Below the pieces are notes generated by a model that searched no databases, had not been told where the DNA came from, and saw nothing but the letters and a program-made list of their open reading frames with translations. A stretch of DNA of 64,000 nt from positions 2,560,001 to 2,624,000 of the forward strand of contig CAXXTU010000002.1 of NCBI GenBank assembly GCA_963662655.2, read 5' to 3'. This DNA comes from Candidatus Cloacimonadales bacterium (GTDB lineage Bacteria > Cloacimonadota > Cloacimonadia > Cloacimonadales > JAIOQZ01). Both the position numbers and the translations under genes were made by a program. Of the stretch, positions 28,642-38,129 are shown in pieces (position 1 is the stretch's first letter; every line of letters begins with the position of its first letter).

Positions 28642-29562
28642 TTACGAAGCAGGTCTTTGATGTAATCGAGAAATCGATCCGAATTTCTCGTGAATGACCC
28701 CAGGATATCCCTCTGATTCTCGATCTGATCCTGCGCGCATTGAAGTCCCAGCCGATAAAAAGCGTCCGCCTTCATGAAGTCCCAGCCGATAAAAAGCGTC
28801 CGCCTTCATGAAGTCCCAGCCTTCCAGGCTCTCATCGTAGGCGGATATGAGGATGTCGGGCTGCGTATAGTTCAGGGAGCGCAGCGAAAGAAACGCCTGC
28901 ATGTATTCCGTGGAGCGAATGCCCTGATAAAACGACGTCGCCCTTTCCAGGTCTTCGTCGATTGCCACGATGCTTTCAGGATCGTATAGCGCAGTTTGAT
29001 TTTCGATGGGAGGCAGGACGTTGACGGCAATCACCTCGTACTTTTTATCGAATAGGCGTGCAAATTCAACCGGAAGCGGATACTGGATGCCGCCATCGAC
29101 AAACCGGTAATCGCCGTACTCGTAAGGCTTGAAGATGAAGGGTAGCGAACTCGACGCAATCATCGCGTCAGCGAGGTCGCCTTGATCGAAGAGAATCGAT
29201 TTCCTGCTTACGAGATCGAAAGCAACGGTGCGAAAAGGAATATGCAGGTACTGTATCTTGATATCGTGGGTTAGCTCGGAGAGGTAATCATGCAGCTTTG
29301 TGCGCCGTACAAGCCCACCCCGCACAACATCCATTTTCAGATAGGTAAGCATTTCGAGTGGATTGATGTCCTGAGCGAATTGCAAAATCTCGGTCGATTT
29401 GTAACCGCAGGCGTACAGGCCGCCGATGATCGAGCCCATGCTCGTGCCGATGATACCCCTGATGTCGTACGCCTTCTCGACCGCTTCCAGAACTCCGATA
29501 TGGGCAAAGCCCCGCGCCGCGCCGCCACCTAAAACCACTATTGCGGATTTTTTTGTTGCCAT
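28642..29562 (-). CDS. Patatin-like phospholipase (RssA-like) with C-terminus altered by a 34-bp duplication
   Basis: GGGAARG, GTSMG, DGG motifs. Confidence 0.9.
   Translation of the reverse strand: MATKKSAIVVLGGGAARGFAHIGVLEAVEKAYDIRGIIGTSMGSIIGGLYACGYKSTEILQFAQDINPLEMLTYLKMDVVRGGLVRRTKLHDYLSELTHDIKIQYLHIPFRTVAFDLVSRKSILFDQGDLADAMIASSSLPFIFKPYEYGDYRFVDGGIQYPLPVEFARLFDKKYEVIAVNVLPPIENQTALYDPESIVAIDEDLERATSFYQGIRSTEYMQAFLSLRSLNYTQPDILISAYDESLEGWDFMKADAFYRLGLHEGGRFLSAGTSMRAGSDRESEGYPGVIHEKFGSISRLHQRPAS
28741..28821. repeat. 34-bp tandem repeat, 2 full copies plus 13 bp
   Basis: TGAAGTCCCAGCCGATAAAAAGCGTCCGCCTTCA at 28741 and 28775, then TGAAGTCCCAGCC at 28809. Confidence 0.97.
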
Positions 29563-29652
29563 CCGAACCTCAATATTCCATATTACGATTAATTAGATAT
29601 CTTACGGATTTACCGTATAGCGTAACTCAACATGCTTTGTCAAGGCGGAACA

Positions 29653-31188
29653 ATGAAGAAGGTGATTCGGTTACTCATTATTACGCTTCTACTGGCTGTC
29701 GCGATCTGGCTCTCTATCACCCAATATACCATACATGCCCAAAGTATCACAACCAGAATCATTCTATATGTCTATAACACCGTCATCGCTTTGACAATCA
29801 TCACCATCCTATACACGCTGGTGAGAGAAAACCGAGATCCGAGAAGCAGCCTGGCGTGGATTCAAGTGTTGCTTTTTCTGCCCATCATCGGGGTTGTGCT
29901 TTATCTTGTATTTGGCGTGAATTTCCGTAAACGGAGACTTTTTGCCCGTAAAATGAAAGACGATGAGGATGAGATCAATCGATCCATAGCGCCGGTAACC
30001 GGAGAAATCGGGCTTCTCGAATCTCAAAACCATCTCCTCGAACAGAACAAGCTTTCCCGTCTGCTCTACTACCATAGCAATGTTACGATCGCCGTACGGA
30101 ACACCGTATCCGTAATCGATAGCGGCAAGGAAGCCATCGACAGGATGCTGGAGGAGATGGAAAGAGCAAAGCACCATATTCATATCGAGATGTTTTCGAT
30201 TATATGGGATACGACCGGTAAGCGAGTGCTCGATCTGCTCGAGCGGAAAGTGAAAGAAGGCGTCACCGTTCGTGTGATCTTCGATGCGGTCGGTAGCTGG
30301 ACGCTTTGGAGTTGGCGAATTCGCAAATTGAAAAAAGCGGGGATCAAAATCGTTCCGTTCTTCCCGGTTCGTTTCCGCCTTTTCGCGCATCGGGTGAATT
30401 ACCGCAATCATCGCAAGCTTGTGATCGTCGATGGGAAAACAGCCTTTATCGGGGGCGCGAATATCGGGAACAAATACTACGACCTGAACCGATACTTCGG
30501 TCACTGGCGCGACACAGTCATGCGGATTCAAGGGGACACGACCTACACGCTTCAGAAAATGTTCCTGCTCGACTGGTTTTTCGCCAGCAACGAGCGTTTT
30601 GCTTTAGGCGACTACTTTCCGGCGCATGAAATTGATAATCACCTGGAGATGCAAAACGTAGCGTCCGGTCCGGATACTGCGTGGGAGAACATTCTGCAAG
30701 CCTATTTCATGCTGATAACCGGAGCTGAACGTTATTTGTGGATCACAACTCCGTACCTGATCCTCGATGAAAGCCTTCTCACCGCACTCTGCACGGCCTC
30801 GCTAAGCGGTGTCGATGTACGTATCGTCGTTCCCGGAAAGCCCGAGCATTGGGTGCTCTGGTTCGGCAATCGCTCGTACTTCGACGAGCTCATGCGTGCC
30901 GGAATCAAGATTTACCTCTACAATAACGGCTACACGCACGCCAAGGTTATTATTACCGACGACAAGATCGCGTCCGTGGGAACGGCAAATCTCGATCTCC
31001 GGAGTTTGCGCCTGAATTTCGAGGTCAATTCGATCGTCTATGACGAAGCATTCACACGCAAAATAAGGCGTCAGTTCGAGAACGATTTCAAGCATTCCGA
31101 TTTTGTCGATCCGGAAACGTTCCAGCAAAGAAATGTGCTGCACAAAGTGGCGGAATCGGTTTCGAGGTTATTCTCTCCCCTGCTTTGA
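29653..31188 (+). CDS. cls: Cardiolipin synthase
   Basis: N-terminal TMs (PLDc_N); two HKD motifs: NHRKLVIVDG and HAKVIITDD...GTANLD. Confidence 0.93.
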   Translation: MKKVIRLLIITLLLAVAIWLSITQYTIHAQSITTRIILYVYNTVIALTIITILYTLVRENRDPRSSLAWIQVLLFLPIIGVVLYLVFGVNFRKRRLFARKMKDDEDEINRSIAPVTGEIGLLESQNHLLEQNKLSRLLYYHSNVTIAVRNTVSVIDSGKEAIDRMLEEMERAKHHIHIEMFSIIWDTTGKRVLDLLERKVKEGVTVRVIFDAVGSWTLWSWRIRKLKKAGIKIVPFFPVRFRLFAHRVNYRNHRKLVIVDGKTAFIGGANIGNKYYDLNRYFGHWRDTVMRIQGDTTYTLQKMFLLDWFFASNERFALGDYFPAHEIDNHLEMQNVASGPDTAWENILQAYFMLITGAERYLWITTPYLILDESLLTALCTASLSGVDVRIVVPGKPEHWVLWFGNRSYFDELMRAGIKIYLYNNGYTHAKVIITDDKIASVGTANLDLRSLRLNFEVNSIVYDEAFTRKIRRQFENDFKHSDFVDPETFQQRNVLHKVAESVSRLFSPLL

Positions 31189-31315
31189 CGTCTTCATATG
31201 GGATTCACCACACCTATGAATTTCTTTCATATTTTTATTGTAAAAAATGTTGGATTCCCGTATACTGGTTGTTTCAATAGAATCAAATAGAGCGAGATCG
31301 TTTTCAGGAGGATTC

Positions 31316-32668
31316 ATGCAGACATATATGACTAAGATCGAAGAAATTATGCAGAAGAACGGACTTGACCGGATCGTAATCGATACGTTCGGGGAATATT
31401 ACAAGCAGGTAATGGATGGAGCAACGGGAAAGCTGACCCGGAACGAGATCGTCGCTCCGGGCGACGGAAATGTAGAACGTTACGAAGCGCTCACCGATCA
31501 GAATCAGGATTACCTAGACCAACTCGTTTTCGTAAAGCTCAATGGTGGTCTCGGTACCAGCATGGGACTGACAAAGGCTAAATCGCTACTTCCCGTAAAG
31601 GATGGCTTGACCTTTCTCGATATCATCGCAAAGCAAGTCATTCACTTGCGCGAATCGACAGGGAAATCGATACCGCTCCTTTTCATGAACAGCTTCAACA
31701 CGAGGCAGGACACACTTGAATACCTTTCGAAGTTCGCAGCTTTACCGCTGAACGGCCTCCCGCTCGACTTCGTTCAGAACAAGTTCCCGAAGCTCGTGAA
31801 GGAAACGCTCGAGCCGCTACAGAGTCATAACGACAGCCAGAACTGGAATCCTCCCGGACATGGCGACATCTACATGGCAATGGCGATCTCGGGAATCCTG
31901 GACATGCTTCTGGAAAAGGGGTATCGCTACATGTTCGTATCCAACTCCGACAACCTCGGGGCCGTCGTCGATGAGAAAATCCTGACATGGTTCGCGGATA
32001 ACGACATCCCCTTCGCGATGGAGGTCTGTCAACGGCTGGATGTGGATAAAAAAGGGGGGCATCTCGCCCAGGATCGAAACGGTCAGCTTCTCCTGAGAGA
32101 AAGCGCGCAATGTCCCGAAGACGAAGTTGACGAATTCCAGAACACCAGTCTGTACCGATGGTTCAACACCAACAATCTGTGGATCAATCTCGAAGCGCTG
32201 AAAGCCAGGTTGAACGAGAACAACAATGTCTTGCTCCTGCCGCTCATTCTCAACCCGAAGGACGTGGACGGTACTCCGGTGTATCAGATCGAGACCGCCA
32301 TGGGCGCGGCAATCGGCGTCTTCGAAGGAAGCAAGGCCATCGCCGTTCCCCGAAGCCGTTTTGCCCCGGTGAAGAAGACGAATGATTTGATAACGATATG
32401 GTCGGATGCATACCAGTTGGATGAAGCCTTTTGTATCCGTCTTGCCGAGGGGGTCGAGAAGGTCCCGTCCGTCCAGCTCGACGATCGCTATTACAAAATG
32501 ATCGGCGATCTGCTGAAGTATTTCAAAGACGGAATTCCGTCCCTGAAAGAATGCGACCGGCTTCAGATCGAAGGCGAGATATTCTTCGGACCGGGTGTCG
32601 TAATAAAAGGGTCCGCACGGCTTAAAGCGGAAGTCCCTACCCGTTTGGAAAACATCACGATCGACTAA
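31316..32668 (+). CDS. UTP--glucose-1-phosphate uridylyltransferase, eukaryote-like UDPGP family
   Basis: KLNGGLGTSMG..KAKS, MNSFNT, WNPPGHGD, SNSDNLGA, FNTNNLW, RFAPVK. Confidence 0.9.
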   Translation: MQTYMTKIEEIMQKNGLDRIVIDTFGEYYKQVMDGATGKLTRNEIVAPGDGNVERYEALTDQNQDYLDQLVFVKLNGGLGTSMGLTKAKSLLPVKDGLTFLDIIAKQVIHLRESTGKSIPLLFMNSFNTRQDTLEYLSKFAALPLNGLPLDFVQNKFPKLVKETLEPLQSHNDSQNWNPPGHGDIYMAMAISGILDMLLEKGYRYMFVSNSDNLGAVVDEKILTWFADNDIPFAMEVCQRLDVDKKGGHLAQDRNGQLLLRESAQCPEDEVDEFQNTSLYRWFNTNNLWINLEALKARLNENNNVLLLPLILNPKDVDGTPVYQIETAMGAAIGVFEGSKAIAVPRSRFAPVKKTNDLITIWSDAYQLDEAFCIRLAEGVEKVPSVQLDDRYYKMIGDLLKYFKDGIPSLKECDRLQIEGEIFFGPGVVIKGSARLKAEVPTRLENITID

Positions 32669-32686
32669 ATTCTGTCGCTCTACTGG

Positions 32687-32860
32687 CAGCCAAACCTGAG
32701 TCGTAAGCCCGACTCAGCGCGGGGCGGCGTGTTTGCCCCGCAAACGACTCCCCCGAGGTGTTGGAGAATCCAACGCCTCGGGGGAGTCCGGAAGCCTTAG
32801 GCTTCCGACGCCGCCCCGCGCGGGAGCGCGCGCATCCCAGCATCGATCAGCGGAATCCCA
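32687..32860 (+). repeat. Structured intergenic element family A, copy 3
   Basis: Outer stem GCGCGGGGCGGCGT / ACGCCGCCCCGCGC; hairpins GTTTGC-ccc-GCAAAC, GACTCCCCCGAGG...CCTCGGGGGAGTC and GGAAGCC-tta-GGCTTCC. Confidence 0.85.
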
Positions 32861-32862
32861 AT

Positions 32863-32890
32863 AAAAAACGCCGGAAATCATTCCGGCGTT
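32863..32890 (-). terminator. Intrinsic terminator of the RND operon
   Basis: AACGCCGGAA-atca-TTCCGGCGTT preceded by an A-run on + (U tail on -). Confidence 0.7.
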
Positions 32891-32907
32891 CAAGATTTAT
32901 TGCAGCA

Positions 32908-35900
32908 TCAGCACTTCTTTTTTTTCCACTCGAACCAGGAGTAAACCACCGGCACGAACACCAGGGTAATGATGGTGGAACTGAGAAGACCGCCAATTAC
33001 TGCGCGAGCCATAGGCGCTTGCGCCTCACCGCCTTCGCCAAGACCAATCGCAAGGGGCGTCAGACCGAGGATGGTGGTGAAAGCCGTCATGAGAATCGGA
33101 CGCAGCCTTCTTCTTCCGGCCTCCTCGATCGCCTCGCAGGTTTCCATATCCTCTTTGCGCCGCAGCATATTGGTCGTATCCACCAGCAGAATGGCGTTGT
33201 TCACCACAATTCCCGCCAGCATGATACAGCCAATGTACGATTGGATGTTGAACGTCGTGCCCGTGATAATGAGCATAAAAACGACACCCACAATGGCGAG
33301 CGGAACGGAGAACATGACCACGAAGGGATCCCTGAGCGATTCGTATTGGCAAGCCATCACCATGTAAACCAGGATCAGAGCCAGCGCGAAGCTGAGCACC
33401 AGCTCGTGGAAAGCCTCCTGCTGTTCCTCGTAATCACCGGTAAGCACGATGCTGAAATCTCTCGGAACCGGAATCATCTTGAGCTTATCCTGGATGTCCC
33501 CGATGATGGAACCCATGTCCCTTCCGCTGATGTTCGCGGAAACGGTAATAATGCGTTCCTGGTCGTGGCGCTCGATGGATACGGGCCCCCGGCGCGATTC
33601 GATACGAACCACGTTGCGGAGAATCACGGGCTCTCCTTCCGAATTCGTCAGCGTCAGATCGAGAAGATCGCGAATCTCGAGCTTGTCGGCGTCCTTCACC
33701 TGCACACGAATCGCGTATTCGTCGCCGCCCTCACGGTAATTGCCGGCGGTTGATCCCGAAAGCACCGTTTGCAGCGTCTGCGCTACCTGCCGAACAGTGA
33801 GGCGCATGTCGGCAGCCTTTCGGCGGTCGACCACGATGAGCTCTTCCGGCGTTCCCGTGTCGCGACTGAGGTCCGTATCCGTGATGCCGTCGATCTGCCC
33901 GATCGCTTTTTGCACCTGCTCCGCCAGCGTGTTGGCGATATCGATGTCGTGTCCGCGTATCTCGATCTGGATGCTCTCGGAACTGCTCGCCATGCGGCGG
34001 AAGATGAATAGCCCCGAACTCGCGCGTACACGCACCGTCATCCCAGGTATATTGGTCACCAGCTTACGTAACGACTGAGCGATATCTTCGCTCGATCGCG
34101 TTCGTTCCGATTGGCCCACTAGACTGATCCGGATGTCTCCCGTGTTGGATACATTCCCGCGCCAGTGTGAACCGCCCACGCTCACGACAATGCTCTCAAG
34201 CTCAGGGACATTCCTGTTGATAATATCCTCCACGACCTGTATCTTCTCGTTCACCAGCTCCATCTTCGTTCCGACTTCCATCTCGACGCTGATGCGGATT
34301 TCGCCTTCATCGCTCGATGGCATGAGCTCCGTTCCAACTGCGGGTATCAACGCAAGACTGCCGACCAGAAGAAGAATCGCGGCAATGGTCGTGCGGACAC
34401 GATGATGCAACGTATAATGCAGCAGTCGCTTGTAATGGTTCTCCAGCCACGTGAAGAAGTTGCCCGATACATGAAAACCTTTCCGAAGCAACGGCGACAT
34501 CTCTTTCTCCGATCGGGACGGATTGAGAAATTTCCCCGCCAGCATCGGAATCAGCGTCAGCGCCGTGAGCATCGAGCAGAACAGCGAAAAGCTAACCACG
34601 TACGAGAGCTGCTTGAACATCACCCCGGACATCCCCTGCATGAAGATCAGCGGCAGAAAGACGGCCAGCGTTGTGAGCGTCGAAGCGATGATCGCCGAGG
34701 TAACTTCCTCGCTTCCCTGAATCGCGGCTTCCTTCTTGCCCATCCCCTTCTCGCGAAGCCGGTAAATGTTTTCCAACACCACAATGGAGTTGTCCACCAG
34801 CATACCGATTCCGAGCGCGAGGCCGCCCAGCGTCATCAGGTTCAAGGTGAAATTTCCGAAGTAGATCAAGCCGAAGGTCGCGATAACCGATACCGGTATC
34901 GCCGTGCCAATGATGAACGTACTGCGCACGTTGCGCAGGAAGAAGAGGAGCACCAGAATCGCCAGCAAGCTTCCCATCAACGCGGAAACAGCCACGTTGT
35001 TGATGGACCGCTTGATGAACTGCGACGAATCCATAATCGGTACCAGCTGAATCTGAGGGATTTCCTGCGACAACTTCTCGAGCTCCTTCAAAACGCCGTT
35101 GGCCACCGAAACCGTGTTGGCTCCGGATTGCTTGTTCACGGAAAGCCTGATTCCCGGCTTGCCGTTGATGCGAACGACCCGCGTGACCTTCTCCCACGAA
35201 TCCTCCACATCGGAGATATCGTTGAGCGTGATCGTCTTGCCGGCGCGCTCCATGATGACCGTGTAACGCAGGTCGTCCAGACTCTGGAATTCTCCCGGCG
35301 TACGGATTGTCACTTCGTAGTTGCCGCTCTTCATCGTTCCGGCGGGAAGATTGATATTGCCGGCCCTGATGCGATCCAGCACCTGATCCAGCGTGATCCT
35401 CAGTGCCTTGATTTTCTCGGGATTGATGTAGACGTGAATCTCGCGATCGAGTCCGCCCCATATATCCAGCGCTGCAACGCCCGGCACTCGCTCGATGCGA
35501 TGCTTGATCTGCTCGTCGATGATCCGGCGCATCTGGATGGGGTCCAGATCGCCGGAAGCGCCCAAAATCATCACCGGCATCGCAGCGAGATCGAACTTCC
35601 GCAGGCTGGGACGACTCGCGTCGTCGGGAAGCCGGGTAATCACTCGGTCGAGGCGATCGCGAATGTCGTTGGAAGCCGCGTCGAGATCGGTTCCCCAGTT
35701 GAAGGTGATTCGCACGTTGCTCGATCCTTCCGAGGAAACGGATGTGAGGTCTTCAACGCCGGGAACAGCAATCACGGCCTCTTCGATCAGTCTTGTTACC
35801 AGTTCCTCCATTTCCTGGGGACTGGCGTCTTCATACGTTGTGGAGACACTCAACGTTGGGTAGGTGATATCAGGCATCAGGTCCACGGATAGCTTGGATA

Positions 35901-35985
35901 ACGAGACGCCTCCGAGAATGATTACGATCAGCACCACCATGATGGTGAAGATGGGGCGCTGAACCGCCTGCCTCGAGAGCTTCAT
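32908..35985 (-). CDS. RND efflux permease (AcrB/SwrC-like)
   Basis: 1025 aa; GMLVDNSIVVLENI, GIVVNNAILLVD, RLRPILMT. Confidence 0.95.
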   Translation of the reverse strand: MKLSRQAVQRPIFTIMVVLIVIILGGVSLSKLSVDLMPDITYPTLSVSTTYEDASPQEMEELVTRLIEEAVIAVPGVEDLTSVSSEGSSNVRITFNWGTDLDAASNDIRDRLDRVITRLPDDASRPSLRKFDLAAMPVMILGASGDLDPIQMRRIIDEQIKHRIERVPGVAALDIWGGLDREIHVYINPEKIKALRITLDQVLDRIRAGNINLPAGTMKSGNYEVTIRTPGEFQSLDDLRYTVIMERAGKTITLNDISDVEDSWEKVTRVVRINGKPGIRLSVNKQSGANTVSVANGVLKELEKLSQEIPQIQLVPIMDSSQFIKRSINNVAVSALMGSLLAILVLLFFLRNVRSTFIIGTAIPVSVIATFGLIYFGNFTLNLMTLGGLALGIGMLVDNSIVVLENIYRLREKGMGKKEAAIQGSEEVTSAIIASTLTTLAVFLPLIFMQGMSGVMFKQLSYVVSFSLFCSMLTALTLIPMLAGKFLNPSRSEKEMSPLLRKGFHVSGNFFTWLENHYKRLLHYTLHHRVRTTIAAILLLVGSLALIPAVGTELMPSSDEGEIRISVEMEVGTKMELVNEKIQVVEDIINRNVPELESIVVSVGGSHWRGNVSNTGDIRISLVGQSERTRSSEDIAQSLRKLVTNIPGMTVRVRASSGLFIFRRMASSSESIQIEIRGHDIDIANTLAEQVQKAIGQIDGITDTDLSRDTGTPEELIVVDRRKAADMRLTVRQVAQTLQTVLSGSTAGNYREGGDEYAIRVQVKDADKLEIRDLLDLTLTNSEGEPVILRNVVRIESRRGPVSIERHDQERIITVSANISGRDMGSIIGDIQDKLKMIPVPRDFSIVLTGDYEEQQEAFHELVLSFALALILVYMVMACQYESLRDPFVVMFSVPLAIVGVVFMLIITGTTFNIQSYIGCIMLAGIVVNNAILLVDTTNMLRRKEDMETCEAIEEAGRRRLRPILMTAFTTILGLTPLAIGLGEGGEAQAPMARAVIGGLLSSTIITLVFVPVVYSWFEWKKKKC

Positions 35986-37166
35986 TTCTTCATCTCCCCG
36001 CCATTCTGCGATTCCTCGCCCGGAATACGTATCGCTCCGCCATCCTCCAGGAGATGGTGGCCGAGTACCACGATTTCACCCTTGATGGCTGGACTAACGA
36101 TCTCGATGCGATCTTCCTGGCGAATGCCGGTTTCCACCTTCGTAAATTTGGCCGTCATCGTGTTGCGATCGATGATGAAGACACCTTGCTGCTCGTTTCT
36201 TCGCGCCAAGGCGGAAACGGGAATGACCGTTACGTTTTCGTGGGTGGTAAATTCGATCCTCACACGCGCAAACATACCCGGTTTGAGCTCACGATCATCG
36301 TTGGGAATATCGATTTCCACCTTCGCCTGGCGTGACGATTCTTGCAGCATGGGGGCAATGCGGGAAATCTTGCCAGTGAATTCTCTTCCCGGGTAAGCGT
36401 CGGTGGTCACGACGGCTTCCTGACCGGTGCGAATCTTGGGATAGTCGCGCTCGATCACATCGATCTCCGCCGTCATGGAGCTGTTGTCCAGGATGCTGAC
36501 AATCGAGCTGTTGACGGTTAGCATCGCTCCCTCGTCGACATAGCGTTCGCCCACTACCCGGGTCGTGGATTTATCCGGCCAGGTGACGGTTATCTTTGTA
36601 TAGGCAAGACGTACTTCCGCCGTTTTCAAGGCAGCCTTGGTGCTCTCAACCTGCGAAAGCGCCACCTGATGGCTTGCATAGGCCGCGTCGTACTCCGCCT
36701 GCGCCTGATCCATGTCGGATTCGGAGACGAAATCCTTCTCGCGCAATGTCTGCATGCGCTCGAGATCCCGTGTCGCAAGCGTCAAAGCGCTCTGGGTCTG
36801 CACTTTCTGAGCCTGCGAGACAGCCAGACTCGCCTGCGCCTGCACCACGCTCTGCACGTATTCGGCATCGTCCAGCTCGGCAATCACCTGTCCCGAGTGA
36901 ACCACATCGCCGATATCGACCGTCAGTCGCTCGAGCCGACCCGAAACTTTCGGGGCCACGGTAAAAATGTTTTTGGGTGATAGCGTTCCGCTAAAGAGCC
37001 CGATGTCGCGAATACTCGATACGGAAATGGGAGCGATTTCGACAGCTACGGGAGGCTTCCCGCTTCTTCCGCCGGCGGCGTCTCCGCTTTGACACCCCGC
37101 TACGCCCAAAAAAACAACCAACAATGTCACAAATGGTGTAATGGTAAGCAATCCTTTGGTACTCAT
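35982..37166 (-). CDS. RND periplasmic adaptor (membrane fusion protein)
   Basis: Lipobox VAGC, VAPKVSGRL..L.VDIGD, LKPGMFARV. Confidence 0.92.
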   Translation of the reverse strand: MSTKGLLTITPFVTLLVVFLGVAGCQSGDAAGGRSGKPPVAVEIAPISVSSIRDIGLFSGTLSPKNIFTVAPKVSGRLERLTVDIGDVVHSGQVIAELDDAEYVQSVVQAQASLAVSQAQKVQTQSALTLATRDLERMQTLREKDFVSESDMDQAQAEYDAAYASHQVALSQVESTKAALKTAEVRLAYTKITVTWPDKSTTRVVGERYVDEGAMLTVNSSIVSILDNSSMTAEIDVIERDYPKIRTGQEAVVTTDAYPGREFTGKISRIAPMLQESSRQAKVEIDIPNDDRELKPGMFARVRIEFTTHENVTVIPVSALARRNEQQGVFIIDRNTMTAKFTKVETGIRQEDRIEIVSPAIKGEIVVLGHHLLEDGGAIRIPGEESQNGGEMKK

Positions 37167-37819
37167 TGATTCTCCTGTATTCTTTTTTCTTTAATTGCCT
37201 TGATTCCGGCGAGGCTGAACTGATATATATGCTTTTCAAGAAGTTCCGCAGTGATAGAATAACCGAGTTCAATCCCTTTGGAATGTTTTTTTTTACGGTG
37301 CCTCTGCCCGAGCATAGGACTGAAGCACTGTGCCATGATGCTGTGCCGGCAAAGGTCCACGTTTTCCGTTGTGGCGCAATCACCAAGTATCTCGCGAATG
37401 ATCTCTTTCAATCCTTCCTGAAACGGCTCTATCTTGCTGTTCATTGCCTCTCTCAGGAAGCCTGTTGGATTTACCATCTCCTTGTGGACGATATCGAAGC
37501 TGTAACCGTCGGGGTCCATAATTCTCCTCAGAAGCGAGGATATTCTACCGAATAGACGCTCTTCCGCAGACGCGTCCTCCGGGATACCGCCCGAAAGCGG
37601 GTGGTTCTGCAATGAAAGATCATATGCGTATTTCCAGCTTTCCACATAGAGGTTTTGCTTGCTCTCGAAGTAGTAGTTCACCGCCGCCGGGTTGGTTTGA
37701 GCTTTTTTGCATATATCAATGGTTGTGGCTTCATAGTACCCGTTTTTCGCAAAGAGTTCACAAGCAGCTTCAAGCAACGCCTTTCTCGTTTTCTGTCCGT
37801 CGCATCTGGGTTTTCTCAT
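37163..37819 (-). CDS. TetR-family regulator (CerR/CecR-like)
   Basis: TRKALLEAACELFAKNGY..T..DIC..A..N.AAVNYYF.SK. Confidence 0.9.
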   Translation of the reverse strand: MRKPRCDGQKTRKALLEAACELFAKNGYYEATTIDICKKAQTNPAAVNYYFESKQNLYVESWKYAYDLSLQNHPLSGGIPEDASAEERLFGRISSLLRRIMDPDGYSFDIVHKEMVNPTGFLREAMNSKIEPFQEGLKEIIREILGDCATTENVDLCRHSIMAQCFSPMLGQRHRKKKHSKGIELGYSITAELLEKHIYQFSLAGIKAIKEKRIQENQ

Positions 37820-37835
37820 TAAACCTCCGCATATC

Positions 37836-37870
37836 TCTAACGATCATTTGATTTATTGGTTACTTGTCAA
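37836..37870 (-). promoter_or_regulatory. Putative sigma70 promoter with overlapping TetR operator
   Basis: TTGACA on - (37870-37865); imperfect palindrome TCAAATGATCGTTAGA (37851-37836) over the expected -10, upstream of RBS GGAGG. Confidence 0.45.
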
Positions 37871-38129
37871 ATCAATTCTTGGATCATGCCGTCTTTTTAT
37901 CATGTCCCGAAAATGTTCTATTTTCTACTCTTTCTTCACATTACTGACTTTGCTTCCCTGGAGCCTTAACGAATATAAAAGTTTGCGTAATCCATCCATT
38001 TACAGCATGTTAGGTCATCGCAGATAAAAAAATGCAGGAAAAGCTGGACAATTCAACCGTTCCTGAGTGTTTTGTTCGCATTCATGGCATTAGCATGATG
38101 GAAATTGCACAGTAACAGGAGTATAAAGC

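Noticed and set aside
28741..28821. 34-bp repeats as a mini CRISPR array
   Set aside because: The units are directly adjacent with no spacers, lie inside a CDS, and no cas genes are present.
34402..35892. Long antisense ORFs (also 40986-42143, 10688-11662, 54951-55952)
   Set aside because: They are shadow frames of well-supported genes on the opposite strand.
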